64,000 nt of DNA. Source: Octopus vulgaris. Its lineage: Eukaryota. The notes below the pieces were generated by a model. It was given only the letters and a program-made list of their open reading frames with translations, was not told where the DNA came from and ran no database searches. Below, in pieces: positions 40,910-55,074 of the stretch (positions are counted from its first letter, which is position 1; the number at the start of each line of letters is the position of its first letter). Where the stretch lies: NCBI GenBank assembly GCA_951406725.2, contig OX597825.1, positions 38,130,001-38,194,000 on the forward strand. The letters are read 5' to 3'. The translations under genes and the position numbers were made by a program.

Positions 40910-41721
40910 ATATTTGGAAAGCATGTTTTAATGCACGCAGAAATAAAACGCATTGACAAAATGTTTTATGTTATTTAAATGAGAATTTGTTGCTCTACAA
41001 GACAGAGTGTTTTGATTTTTTACTTTTATTTGTTTTTGCGTATTTTCAGTTCCATAAATGAAACGTCAAGTGGACAAAACTGAGCATTTACGACACAATT
41101 TGCTTTTTCCATTTAATAGAAGTGTTAAGGCTGCCGAAGCTGCTCGTCAGATTTGTGCTGTGTATGGAGAAGGGGAAATGCCTCAAATTTGGTTTTCGCC
41201 TTTCAAAAATGGGAATTTTGACCTGAAAGACGGATCACACACCGGTCGACCTACTGAGTTCGGTGAAGAGCGATTGAAGCAAATTCTTCACGAAAATTCA
41301 CGAGAAACGACCAGAGAATTGGCGGAGTAGATGGATTGTGTTAAAAACAACTGTGATGAACCACCTTCACTGAATGGGTAATGTTCACAACACCAATATG
41401 ACCATAGCTGTTATTTAAGATCTCAAATGGGAGGTGCAGCCACGTCCGCCATACTCTCCAGACTTTGCGCCGTCAGACGTTCATCTCTATCGACTATTTT
41501 TGAGTGCTTCGAGCGGTGTATCGTTCAATAATGACATGGAATTGAGGGCTTGGTTGGACAAATTCTTTGAGTCACAACGAGAAATTCCTAACCGCCGAGT
41601 CATCGAAAAACTTATTGAAGAAGTCGTAAAAAACACAGGGTATATTATTGATTAATTTGTTTAACATTTTAGCTTAAAATAAATTTTAAAAAACACTCAT
41701 AAATTATTCCTCAATCCAATA
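40910..41721 (+). mobile_element. Internally deleted mariner (DD34D) transposon relic
   Basis: 41058-41330: EHLRH.LLF.FN...AAEAARQICAVYGEG...WF..FKNGNFDLKD...GRP (mariner HTH). 41434-41655: PPYSPDFAPSD (YSPDL motif). A possible 3' TIR ends ...caatccaata. Confidence 0.85.
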
Positions 41722-41757
41722 CATGCGCATACGCATACATTCAAATATACATCCACA

Positions 41758-41808
<51 letters not shown>

Positions 41809-42896
41809 TGGCGTATCCCACTTATACTTTTTTAAAATTCTTATTATTTATCCATCCTATCCCCCTCCCGTATGAAAGATTAATCCACCAGTTGCTATTT
41901 TGGTTTAGTGTTTTACTTAACGTCCCAAAGAGACACACAAACAAAATGGTATGATTACAACCATATTTAACTTTTACCTTATTTTTCACTATGCTCTTCT
42001 TTATTAGTTCCAAATTATTCTAAAGAAAAAGCTATTTCCATAACGAAGTATGGACCGCTAAAAATTTGCAAAAAATAAATATAATAAAGGAAAGTCATAT
42101 AATGTATTACTGGTAGTTGTTTTGAAGTGTATTTTTAAACATGAAATGGAAGCTGTCTCTTGAGAGATTATTTAAACATTGCACAACATAAATATCAAAA
42201 AAGTGAAAAAAAGTAAAATCCCCCGCACAAACCGGATTACTTTTACATCAAAAGTAAACCTGACAATTTCCCAAATAATTTCAGTAATTATATGGTTTGA
42301 AATAAAGAAAACCATCTCTTATACAAGTGAATTCTGGCAAGTGCAGACATACTGGATATACCGAGATGGTGCGATTGGAGTTTTAATGTTACAACAGAAT
42401 AACGAATGTGAATAAATCTTTACATTTGTAACATAGATCAGATACGTCTTAATTCTGCAAAATACACATTATTGCTTGGCGAGCAATGATTAGCTTCCTT
42501 AGACTCTAATAAGAAACCTTTTAAATGAGAGGAAATATTTGACGAGGAACTACGGAGGAGACGTTGACAAACTATAACTACCCAGGTTTTATGTGACTGT
42601 GTGCGCGCGTGTGTGTATGTATGTTCTGCGAGCTGCCTTGTCCACATAATTCGATGTATGATAGACATGTATAAGTGTATACACACGTCTATATAGGAAA
42701 GTGTTTATATGCTGCAATAGTACGTCATTTTATTTAATTTCGTGCTGAAATTTTGATGTCCTGGCACGGTAACCCATTCAGTTTCTGTTCTGGCGACAAC
42801 ACACACACATGGAAGTGAATAGCTAGCCGCAGCATGAGTGTGGGGTGAAAGAACTAGCAAGAGTTATGTGGTATTTCTGATAAAACATTTATCTAT

Positions 42897-42901
<5 letters not shown>

Positions 42902-42995
<94 letters not shown>

Positions 42996-42996
42996 T
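42902..42996. repeat. (TA)n microsatellite
   Basis: Direct reading. Confidence 0.95.
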
Positions 42997-43019
42997 TTAA
43001 AAGTTATAGGGAAAGTAAT

Positions 43020-44860
43020 ATTGGTTATAAAAAAATAAAGGCTTTGTTTATGAAAAGTAACGATAACTATATACAATTAGATGAACTGAGATACAATTAA
43101 GAGGAATAAAAGTCATTATTATGGATTGTTAAAGGGATTCAAAATCATACGGATTTAATTATCTGCTGTTCCCTGGCTTTGAATGCGCACCGATTATCAA
43201 ACTTTCTTGGGTCTACAAGTCCCTGAGTAAAAAGATTATGTGTGAGGAAGGTATGTAGTTCTGGATATGGTGAACTTAGGGTAGATATAATACTGTAATA
43301 AGAATGGTGTATGGAAGTTAGTGGTATTATTGGTAAGGTTAATAGAGTTCTGTACTGTGTTATGTGTTCGTGTTATGTTGTGGGTGGTATTTATTGATGA
43401 AAGTTGCCTCTTTGTTCATTTTTTGCTGTACTGCTGTATTCTGTGAACTTTCATAGAAGGGGAAAATTAGGAATTTGGGGTTAAGATTAAGGTTCCTAGC
43501 ACACTTTTATATGTGTTCACTGACCTGTATCTGTGTGTATTGAGTGTGGCGGATTTGTTCTTTGTGAAGGTGGTTCTTCAACGGAGTGATATTCCTGTTT
43601 GGCCAAAATATTGATTAAGCAGATAATGGCATAGATTAGATTTTCCGAGGCACAAGTGAAATTTGATTTAATCTTAAATATTTCACCTTGTTTCAAATGG
43701 AGTTCAAGGAGTATTCGTTCACGAGTATTGCAATTCTACATTTTGTCGATAGTAAGCTGTATCGAACATGAAATAGTTGAATAGTAGGATGAATTTCAGT
43801 GCTGCGATTATGAATCAGTGGTTGATGCTTCCTGAGATCTCTTCTAGGTATTTTTCTAGCCAGAAGGTCATTGCTTCTATACCATAATCGTGTGGAATAT
43901 TGGTGTACAAGTTCACCACATCGAATGATACTAACAGGCTTCCTTCATTTATTGTCTTCAGGAGGTGGTCAAGCATCTAAGTCATCTAAGTCATCCCTCA
44001 TGAATGTTTTCACATATTTTAGAAATGGTTTGAATAGGATGTCGAGGAAATTACTCAACGTTGAGTTTTACAAGCAGGGACAGCAACGATGGGTCTTAGT
44101 TTGAGGTCACTAGGGGGAGGGACGTTAATGTATAGGCTCGTACAATAGACTTGTTCTGTATTTAAAATTGGATAAATAGTCAATTTCTTTCCATGTATTT
44201 GTAGAAAGGAGGATATGCTTTAAGTATCTTCTGTGGGTTGTATTGTACTATCTTCTCATAGTAAATATTGTTTTCCAACATGTAGAGTATTAAATTTTTT
44301 TATAGAACTCTGTGTCCATCACCACTACCGCACTTACTTTATCGGCTTCATTAATGGTCAGGTTTATATCATTTTTTTAACTCGATTAGGTTTTATTCAT
44401 TCATTTGTGTTAAGGTTGGATTTAATTCGTAGGGTGTTGAAAGGAAAATTGGTAATATGTTCACAAAAACCATCAAGTGCTTTATTTCTGCCTTTTGTAG
44501 GACAGTATTCGCTTTTGTTTTTTACTATTGAGTCATCTTCGCTGGTGTAGTTGTGAAGTACTACTGTGAGACGTAAGTTTCAACAAAAGTCCTTAATTTC
44601 ATTCTGGTTCGATCTTCAATGGGTTGGTGTAAACTTTAAAACTCTTGCTACGATTTTAGTTTGTGTGGTACTTAGGAATTTCTTTGATAAGGTGATTATT
44701 TTAGGTTGTTCTAGTACATTTTGTTCCATTTCACATCGCTGTTTCTCTGATTTCGGTCTAAAAAGATGTTTGAAGTAGCTGGGTTGCTGTGGAATGTCTG
44801 TATTATATTAGTGGTGGAGTGACAGTGTAGTGGACTGGATTATGGTTGTACTGAGGGTTG
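43020..44860 (-). mobile_element. Decayed Penelope-like retroelement (N-terminus and partial RT) between TA tracts
   Basis: Minus-strand peptides read by eye across frameshifts: IITLSKKFLS...LKFTPT...IKDFC.NLRL; EYCPTKGRNKALD; INEADK/SAVVVMDTEFY (cf. K-A-D-K-G-x-x-V-V-x-M-D); LKLRPIVAVPAC...LSNFLDILFKPF...FMRDDLD; FNYFMFD..YYRQ. These are characteristic Penelope RT motifs. Confidence 0.75.
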
Positions 44861-45360
44861 TTATATATATATATATATATTTATTTATTTATAATAGCAA
44901 TACTAGCAGTTATTATAATTTAATGATGATAATAATAATGACAATAATAATAATAATACTAATAATAATTAGTTGTAGTTAAAACATTTTTAATTGGACT
45001 CTAAATAAACTAACCAAACTAGACAGGAAAACAAGGAAAATAGTTACAGATTTTAGGATGCACCACCCAAAATCTGACATAGAAAGGTTATATATACAAT
45101 AAATTGAAGGTGGTAGATGACTTATACAAATAGAAAACTATCATAAAATAACAACCATAAGATTACAGAGATGTGTAATTCAGAAGCAAGGAAATCTAGT
45201 ACAAATAGCCACAAAGCCCCATCTCCCAGGGAAAAAAAAAATATTTTCTGTCTTTAAGGATGCTGAAAATACAAGAAAGCGTTCATAGTACTTGACAAGT
45301 ATGAAGAATAAGAAGAAACAAGAAAAGTTTTTAAAAAATCTGGAATCCAAAGAGAGAGAA

Positions 45361-45447
<87 letters not shown>

Positions 45448-45448
<1 letters not shown>

Positions 45449-45668
45449 TTTATTTAGAGCAGCAGAAAATTCAACAAAACCTGTTACTCTGAGTTTCCCG
45501 TTGCCGTTCATCGGACAGTTCAAAAACCGTCCGATGAACGGCAACGAGAAACTCAGAGTAACAGGTGTTGTTGAATTTTCTGCTGCTTTAAATAAAGCAT
45601 ATTACTGTACCACTGGTATTTGAGTACTCTTTTTTCCACCTTGTTTCACATTTATGTGTTTACTCCGG
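45448..45668. mobile_element. TA-embedded fold-back element: 73-bp arms (45448-45520 and 45525-45597), 4-nt loop, plus a unique tail
   Basis: ctttatttagagcagcagaaaattcaacaa...ggacagtt caaa aaccgtcc...ttgttgaattttctgctgctttaaataaag. Confidence 0.88.
45481..45518 (-). ncRNA. Hammerhead-like motif, U4C variant with minimal stem II; mirror copy at 45527-45564 on plus
   Basis: Minus strand: ctgt-CCGATGA-a cg gcaa cg g-GAAA-ctcagag-TA-acag. Stem I is 4 bp, stem II is 2 bp capped by a GNRA loop, stem III is a near-palindrome (actcagagt). Confidence 0.55.
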
Positions 45669-45733
<65 letters not shown>

Positions 45734-45925
45734 AGGGTAATAGACCGAATATAGTTGTCAGAAACCAAAAGAAAAAATGTCTTCTAATCGCTGTATCAAG
45801 CCCAATAGATAACAATGTATCTCTAAAAGTAAGAGTGAAACTCTGTAAATACAAAGATCTTTAGAAGGAGATAACCCGAATGTGGAGCCTAAAACCAGAA
45901 ACAATCCCCATAATAATAGGTACGT

Positions 45926-46130
45926 TACTCTTTTACTTGTTTCAGTCATTTGACTCTGGCCATGCTGGAGTATCACCTTCAGTCTAGCTAATCAACCCCA
46001 GGACTTATTCCTTGTAAGCCTAGTACTTATTCTATCGGTCCCTTTTGCCGAATCATTAAGTTACGGGGATGTAAACACACCAGCATCTGTTGTCAAGCAG
46101 TGTTGGGGTGACAAACACAGATACACACAC

Positions 46131-46223
<93 letters not shown>

Positions 46224-46388
46224 TATATATATACAACGGGATTCTTTCAGTTTCCGTCTACCAAATCCACTTACAAGGCTTTGGTCGGCCCGCGGCTATA
46301 GTAGAAAACACTTGGCCAAGGTGCCACGCAGTGGGACTGAACCCGGAACCATGTGGCTCGTAAGCAAGTTACTTACCACACAGCCACT
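45926..46388 (-). mobile_element. SINE family B, full length, with an expanded internal (CA)n(TA)n
   Basis: From the tail tactcttttacttgtttcagtc to the head cttaccacacagccact; contains ccaaggtgccacgcagtgggactgaacccggaaccatgtgg. Confidence 0.88.
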
Positions 46389-46657
46389 AAAAACCATTCA
46401 GATATATACGTAACTAAAACATCAGGACTTACGAATATATAAAACATACAGAAAATAGTACTACTAGGCACTGCACACATGTTATGTAAAGCACTTTCAA
46501 TACAGTCAAAATAAGAACACCACAACAAACTACAGCACATACCCAAGGAACACAGCCGTGTTTGATAGTGCATTGATAGTACCGTAGGCTGCAGGCAGCA
46601 AGCCCGCTACGCATGCAAGAATCCAGTACATCTAAGAAAACCAGAACTAAAAAGAAG

Positions 46658-46704
46658 TAATAATAATAATAATAATAACAATAATGATGATAATAATAAT
46701 AACA

Positions 46705-46786
<82 letters not shown>

Positions 46787-46787
46787 T
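46658..46787 (+). repeat. (AAT)n microsatellite
   Basis: Direct reading. Confidence 0.93.
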
Positions 46788-47160
46788 AGATAAACTTAGT
46801 AAATATAAGGACCTGGAAATCGAAATACAAAAGATGTGGAATCTTAAAAAAAAAACTGTTCCTGTTATTGTAGGTGCCCTAGGTATGACAAAAAAGGGAT
46901 GTCAGAAACACCTAGACAATATCCCTGGAAAACCATGTCTCAAGGAAATCCAAAAGATTGTGTTAACAAGTACTGCCCACATCCTTGGAAAAACCCTATC
47001 AATGTAAATGTTTGTGTTGTATTACATGGAGATATTTCTCTACTTCCCCTCCCCAAGCTTTCAGCTATATTTCAACAACTCTTAACCTTCACTTGCCTTA
47101 GGGCGCTGGGTGTGCCCCGGCAAGTGATTGCATCAAACATGAAGATTAAAAGTAAATGAC
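46788..47160 (+). mobile_element. 5'-truncated R4/Dong 3' end (fourth subfamily)
   Basis: DKLSKYKDLEIEIQKMWNL...VPVIVGALG...EIQKIVLTSTAHILGKTLSM, a 3' UTR, then aataataat. Confidence 0.88.
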
Positions 47161-47177
47161 AATAATAATGATAATAA

Positions 47178-47383
47178 TCCTTTCTACTATAGGCACAAGG
47201 CCTGAAATTTTGGGGGAGGGGCCAGCCGATTTTATCGATCCTTGTACGCAACTGGTACTTAAATTATCGAACCCGAAAGGATGAAAGGCAAAGTCGACCT
47301 CTACGGAATTTGAACTCAGAACGTAGCGATGGGCGAAATACCGCCAAGCACTTCATTCGACATGCTAACGATTCTGGAAGCCG
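47178..47383 (-). mobile_element. SINE family A
   Basis: ggcacaaggcctgaaatttt...cccgaaaggatgaaaggcaaagtcgacct...gaatttgaactcagaacg. Confidence 0.85.
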
Positions 47384-47389
47384 ACGTAA

Positions 47390-47790
47390 CAATCAAAAGA
47401 ATTATCCTCCAAGAAGTCTCTTGTTCAGCTCTGTTACTTGTTATAGACTTGGTCCCACTTTCTGTAGTCCTACGTAGTCAATGCCTACGATGAGCTGAGA
47501 AAAATGGACCTCCTCTCAACCACTTTCTCTTCATGGATGTTTCAAAACTGTTCGCAAAACAGAGCCTGAAATGGAGAGGCTGGTTGAGACTGTGCAAATG
47601 TGCAGCAAGGATACAGGGATGGAATTTGGTATCTCGAAGTGTACAGTGCTTTCTTTGAAGCAGGGGAAAAGAGTAAATTGTAGGGGAATAGAATTTCCAA
47701 ACGGAGAGAGAATGGAAGACCCGGATAATAATGGGATCCTGGCGCTGGACAATATCTTGCATAAAAAAATGAAAGACAATGCCATCACCG
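47390..47790 (+). pseudogene. Degenerate R4/Dong RT fragment
   Basis: LNHFLFMDVSKLF (YMDD region) and LVETVQMCSKDTGMEFGISKC; compare DDIGMEFGLEKC in the 9.5 kb element. Confidence 0.7.
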
Positions 47791-50406
47791 TTTTAACTGC
47801 AAAACTCAAAGATGTTTACTTTAAAGCCATTTTCTACAGGAAACACTCGAAACAACATGTGATTCCTTGTCTCCTTGCTCCTTTACACCCTTCTCATCAC
47901 TAGATATTCGTAATGTATTGTAAACTTTATCCTCCCAAATCCCTTTTTAAGCAGATGTTGCCAGAAATCAAAACTTGTTATTATGCTGGATTAAGAAAGT
48001 AAAGAAATTTATTTTGTGTTACAGGTAATATTTGCCTAGATATACAGTGAATCGGGAACATGGAATAGAAGGAAGGAAAAACTTTTCTGACATATATGAC
48101 AACATTAGTTAAACATATATTAAGATTTGACGGATTGCAATGATAAATCAGTGTAGGATTTACGATTTAAGTTAATAGTTAAAGTAAGTCGCATGAAGTT
48201 AACTAAGAGTGATTTTTACATGCTGCATCCAATGAAAGATTAATACAGGTTATCAGTGGTGCTTATGTTTTCTTTGTTTGTCTTCTGTTTGCATTTTTGC
48301 ATGTACTAGAAAAAAATCATTTCAAGTAAGTATTATAAGTATGCCATTTGATATTACTAAGGAGATGGATTCTTGAAAGAGCTGTTTAAAATCTTACGAA
48401 TCAAACTATATAAAGTGGAATGCATGGCATTACGCTTACGGTGATGGATCGAAATATTGTGAGTTCAGTTCCTGAACCGGGCGATGAGTGGGGTTCTTGA
48501 GCAAAGCAATTACTTTTCCGTTACAGTCCACTCATGTGGTAAAAATGAGTAAACTTGCGACGGAACATCGTCCCATCCAGAGAGGATTTTATATAAAATA
48601 AAACTTGAGAAACAGGTCCCAGGCTCTTTACGGAGTAATATAGATTGACCATATAAAGTTATATCCATAAAAGGTTGCGCTTCAACTCTAACATTTATGA
48701 AACTGGAGTGCATCTACCCCTAGGATCATTATAATTTCTTTCTAACACTGACTATATCAACTTAGCACTTCCCCCAATGATATCAAGTTGAGGAGTGTGA
48801 GGACTTAGGTCACTTTGCACAGTACACTGGAATGCAAATCAAAATATTTCAGATATAATTCAAAGATTGATAATCATATTTTCCACCATTATATGTCCAT
48901 ATGGAAAGATCTCTTTAAGCAGAAAGGAATATCCAACATAAATATTGTGCTTATATTCTGGAGTTGAATTTTGCTTGAAGGAGCATGGCCTATTTATCTC
49001 TATAGTCATCATCTTGAAATAATGACGACGAGAGTGCATTATGATGAAACACATCATATTGTGCGGCCTAATTCTATTGTTTTATGAGATAATTTTAGTG
49101 CTGTTTTGTTGCATGATTACACAGATCGTTCTGAAGATCTATGGATTTTCATGACATTGTTTCATTATGATAAATGTGTCGATTATGCGTGCAATTTCGC
49201 ATAGCTCCCTTAAAACAATAAATCAAAGAATAATTAGTCCAGTATTCTAGGTGGTCTGTTAGAAGAAATGGAATGGCATTTATATTGTCTTTTCATGCCA
49301 TCTCACAATAGCATACTATTACTTCCCGCTTTTTGTTTATATCCTGATTCCGTTCTTTCTTTGGTTGTAAAATTGTTATTTGGCAGTACATGTATAATAC
49401 TGAAAGAGTATCTGATATATTCGTCACAGGCCATACAAGGCATTCTGCAATTCCAAGGTAAATATGTCTATATCATCAACAGTCAGAGGTTTAGTGCATG
49501 GAATAATCATCAGGAGATCACTATTTGCCAAACGGTTGAATTCATTTTGAAACTTCCCTAAAGTGGAAACGGAAACGTGTTCAAATCCTATGGATATTAA
49601 AGAGAAAATTTATGAAGAGAGACACCAAAGGTCTAAGACTGTATTTGGGATATATTAATTCTTGATAAATGTTTGCTTTCGTCTTAAAACAACAACAACG
49701 TATTAAATGATTTTATTTTGGTGTGTGTCAATAAGACTATTATAATGTAATATGCATGCTCAGTGTACTACTTATCCCGAAATCTAATACTGTTCCGTAT
49801 AATAAAAAAGAAAATATCGTGAAAGAAGAACGTCTATAAATTCAGATAATTTTGTAATGTGCTTTATTCGTATTTGACTATTAACTTGTTTCACTTTTAT
49901 CTATAACAATCGTAAAGATGAAGCATCGATCTGGTTTTGTTTCACACTTATAGCCAATTCAGTGCACATACACTGGTAATACTGTTGGGAAAAACTATAG
50001 AATTTACAACTTTCTATTGATTATACCATAAATATATTAGTGAAAATAAGATTTTCTATTATTGTAGCGTAGTGAGTGACATAAATAAAGTGGTATGTAA
50101 CAAAGTCATTTTCGCAGTTTCGATTCCCATTTGAGAGTATACACCATTAACAGCATTAATGTCTATTTGATATGCATGAACAAGACACTCTCTGGTCCTA
50201 TCCTAACACTAGCTATATGTGTAACAACGCCATTAACACATACACACTCATGCACGCACGCACCCATACATACACGCACGCACGCACACACACACACACA
50301 CACACGCACGCACACACACACACACACACACACATACACACACATATATATATATATATAAATAAACACTTCTATACAAATATGTGTGAAATGTATATAT
50401 GTATTG

Positions 50407-50457
<51 letters not shown>

Positions 50458-50576
50458 TATAAAAGGGCTTAGTAAAATAAATTACTTTGCCGCATACTGA
50501 ACTCATTAGAAATAGCATCTAAAAAACTTTTTTAAAACTATTTCCAATACTTAAAGAAAGAAATACTTAAAGAAAA

Positions 50577-50626
<50 letters not shown>

Positions 50627-53600
50627 ATAATAAAATATTAGGGAATAAATCCAAACTTACAGGGAAAAATCAGATTTAGGATTAAATCCAATTTTATAGC
50701 ATAAATATATTATATTATATTATATTAAATTAGAGATAAAACCACTATTAGGCAAATCAAACAATGAAAAACATAAAATTAATTAATTTATATTATTTTA
50801 AATATATTGCATATGAACTCAAAGAATGCATCCGACATTAATGGTAGAAAGAATAGAAGAATTCATCCTCAAATTGGAGATTTGACCCAAAAACCTGCAA
50901 CTTATTGGACACCGCGAAAGGAAGGTTGTGGAATATGGTGGCATTTTATGAGTGTGCGTGTGTGTGTGTCTCAACAGTTAGTTATAAGGGATCAGTATAT
51001 ATGAAGATATGCCAGGTTTCACCATCATGTCCACCTTCTTCAACCATGATATCCACTTGATAGGATAATACCGAGTTACATATTTATAAGTTGTAGAATA
51101 CTTTTTCTTTCCTATTTGTGATCCATTATTTAGACACAAGAACCCTAAAATATGAATATAGTCTTGCTTTTGATCTTTTGAAAATTTTTGAAGTACAATT
51201 AAAATTTAAATGCAGATCTCTACTTCTAATTTCGGTTCAAAACAGGCATAGAAATATCTAGTCAACGAAAGCTAATCAAATGACCTTTTATCGGATTACT
51301 AAGAACGATGTCAAATCGGCTCATGGAAATTGTAGCCGCCTCCTTGTATCGTAATTGAGATCTACCAATCCTTTCGTGTTAGTAGACAGCTATGAGAAAT
51401 ACATTCGCTTTGATTATCACGTCCATGCACTCTGTTAAAAAGCAATGATATTAAAGGTTTTGATCTTCAACTATCTGTTTCATTCCAAACAGGCTGTCTT
51501 TCAGTATAGAAGGTATTTCTCAAAATGTTTGAAAATTTGTCGTTCTTGATTGTTCGCAAATGTCCCTCAATTTTAGGTTCTAAATTTTGGCGCTATGCTA
51601 TCCACGAATCCATGCTTACAAGGAGATGAATAATATTGTTCAATATATGTTGTACTTCAGATGAACTGATGCGTGTATGTATTTCTATTGTTACTCGTTT
51701 AAATTTCCGAATTTGCCATGCTTAGTGTATAATTTATAATCATAGCGTCTACTATCATTTCTTATTGAAACAAGACGCGATCCTACAAGTTGCATCCATA
51801 GTAGAATCAATGCTCTTGTTATTCACTGTTAATTTTCAAGCCGAAATGTGTGACTCTCCTGTCAAAGGCGTCTCTAATACACGCAACTCTTCTAATTCAT
51901 CGTTAAACGGACCCAATTTTCAGCAAACAACAATTCGCCTGCTAAACACATGGATACTTTTCCTAAGCATTAAATATAGCTTCCCTCTCCCTACACTTCC
52001 CCCTGTCTCCGTCTGTCTCTGCACACACACGCGCACACACACTCACACAAACACCCGCACAAACACAAACACACACACACACCTTCCAATGAATGACCCC
52101 TAGAAGCATTATTCACAAATATATTGAAAGTAGCTTTAACTCGCGCACTTAGTATTGCATTATAGCAACTGTATTACCAAACTGTACAGAGCTGGGTTTC
52201 AACTATGTATTCTCTCGCCATAATGAAAGGACTGATTCATACTAGTGAATGTGTCCGCACATCTTAAATTTGTGTGAACCAGATATATGTGCTTTAGTCA
52301 AGCCATAATATACTTGATGGATTGTATGCAATGACTACCATTCTCCTATATTTTTACTAGAATTCTGTTTCTGCTGTTATAAATTTCATGGGCATTCTGA
52401 AAATGGAATTCCTTTATGAGGAGTACATTACGCCCACTGGATCCTGGAGCGATAGCTATCGAGGTTTTAACTGTTCTCAGATCAATTTTATTTTTCTCCT
52501 TTAAGCGGATGAACGGATTGCCCAACATCTATGAAGTCGATATAATTCACTATAATTTTTAATGCTATGCTAGAAAGATCCTTTCGAAAATAAAATGGGC
52601 GAATATAGAACCGTCAGATATATCTTGCAGAAAATTATTTCCACAAATTTGGTTCTGATTGGAAATCAGCTCGTGTGACGTTGTGCCTTATATTTGTTTT
52701 GAGGCGAAATCAGCTGAATCGACTATTCTACTTGCAAATTTCTGCCAATGGTTAGACTATATGTTAACTAGAGGTGTATTGAATATGGTAGTATTGATGC
52801 TGTACAAGATGATTCTTGTTATAGGTATTAATGACACGGGGAGACGAGATCAAACATAACTTCCTCTGTTGTAATATTTTACAATAAATATACAGTGTTC
52901 GGGTTGATAAACGGTGCTCAGTTTCCTGAAATCACCTTGTACGTTCTGCTTTCAATAAAACACCTGTAATTCATGGGGTAAGAAAATAATTCTGAAGCTA
53001 ATTCTACATCCCAGTAATACATTGATAATGTTATCATTTTCATTTGGGTTATATAATAATAATGACAACAAATACGTGTTTGTAGACGTTGTCTTCATTG
53101 CCTTGTTTCTGTTTTTCTCTCCTTACACACACACACACACATATATATATATACATATATGTACGCATAAATACTTATCTATCAATCTGTCTATCTATAT
53201 ATAGATGCATACATATGAATATTCAGGTATATGCATTTGCTTGTGTATTTTAAGAAATATTCATTAAATTACAATCTGTGCAAAGGTCTCCGCAGTCCCT
53301 CAATATTTCTAAATCTTACAATCAGTATATTGCTTTCTGAATTCGGCTTCATATCAGATATATGTACACAGAGTATATGCTTATCTCGAACCGAGATATT
53401 AATTCTAGAGAATCCTAGATGATGAAGAACACGATATTTTTCCATGGATATTTTTAATGTAAAATCATTGCGGTAGAAAAGCTTACGCCAATAGACATGT
53501 TCTTTCTGTTTTTGTATTCTAATATGATTAATTTCATTAAATTAAAAGCTATGCTAATATTTATATAGTAGGACCGAATACCAGAAATTAAGTATACACT

Positions 53601-54059
53601 GATATAATTAAATGCCTTACAAACTTCACATAGTAGCAACACAAATTGGATCTTGATTGGTTCATCTATTTCCATATATTCAGTATCAATTTCAACTTAT
53701 GGCTTACATTCCTCCAGAGATACCTGAATGCCTTAATTCGATTTACGGGCTGATCTTGTTAAATACCCTCGCCAATTATACTATTTGATCTTAAATGTAG
53801 TATAACTTTTTTAGATAGGTAATCTGTAATATAAGGAAATAACGTAATAACATCTGGAGAGTATTTGGCATTAGTATTTCTTGATTGTTTGCTGACCAAA
53901 TATTAAAAACTACTCAGTACTCGTATGTACTACATAGGTTTTAAGCAGTAAGTTTCCATGCGAGTTACTAGAAGCAGCTATGTACACAGCAATAGGAAGA
54001 GCTACATACACAGTAACAGAAGCAGATATATACGTACATCTTTCTTGAACTGAAATGAA

Positions 54060-54240
54060 CTGGCGAGCCGCCAGATTTGTAGGCCGGACAAAATTAATTA
54101 GTAGGGTTTCTTCCGGTTTTAAGATTTTTAAGCAAACACCATGAGGTCGGCTTTCAGCATATTTTGGAATAAAATAACTACCAGTTAAGTACAGGGCTCC
54201 ACCCTACAAAATATCTGGGCATGTGCATACATTAGAAACA
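54060..54240 (+). mobile_element. SINE family A, degenerate
   Basis: tggcgagc...gaggtcggctttc...ataaaataactaccagtt. Confidence 0.4.
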
Positions 54241-54660
54241 AATATTTTATCGACACCGTCAAGAATATGTATGTAATATGTTTTTTAAAAGCACAATGAT
54301 AAGGGTAATACTGGATTGGTTGTTAGTAATTTCAATGATATAACATGCATTGAACATTTTCATTGTAAATGTTAATATTAAATTTGTTTTCCAACTTTAA
54401 CTGGCGAGCAAATTTGCTTTAATTAATTTATATAAGAGAATCGATAATTCTAGACAATCTGTTATAATTCACTCCCCCCCCCAAAGAAAAAAAACATAAT
54501 CATATTTTTAAGCAAGCTGATTTGCTTAAATTTGCCAATATATAGTTAATAGTATTTCCAAACAGAATTCTTTTATCAGTATCTCTTTGAAACAACCAGT
54601 CTTTAACAAAAAGAACCATTTGTAAATTATCTAATAATATCGTGCTAACCAAACACACAC

Positions 54661-54904
<244 letters not shown>

Positions 54905-55074
54905 GAGTATGGGTGTTTAGTTCACAGGTCATCTAAACGATTAGGTACGCTAGGAAAGTGCTGTAACGGATTATTAGGGCTACAAGGTTATAGCCGAGAG
55001 GTTAGTTATGGAGCAATTTCAGAGTTCCGATGGAGAACAGAAAATAGAACAGAAACAGAACAGAAAATATGAGG

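Larger units (their letters stand above)
44985..46570 (+). mobile_element. Old R4/Dong fragment split into three pieces (44985-45360, 45732-45925, 46389-46570) by later insertions
   Basis: LDRKTRK...MHHPKSDIERLY...GG; then NRPNIVVR...PIIIG; then QKIVLLGTAHML and a 3' UTR matching 13700-13830. Confidence 0.75.
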
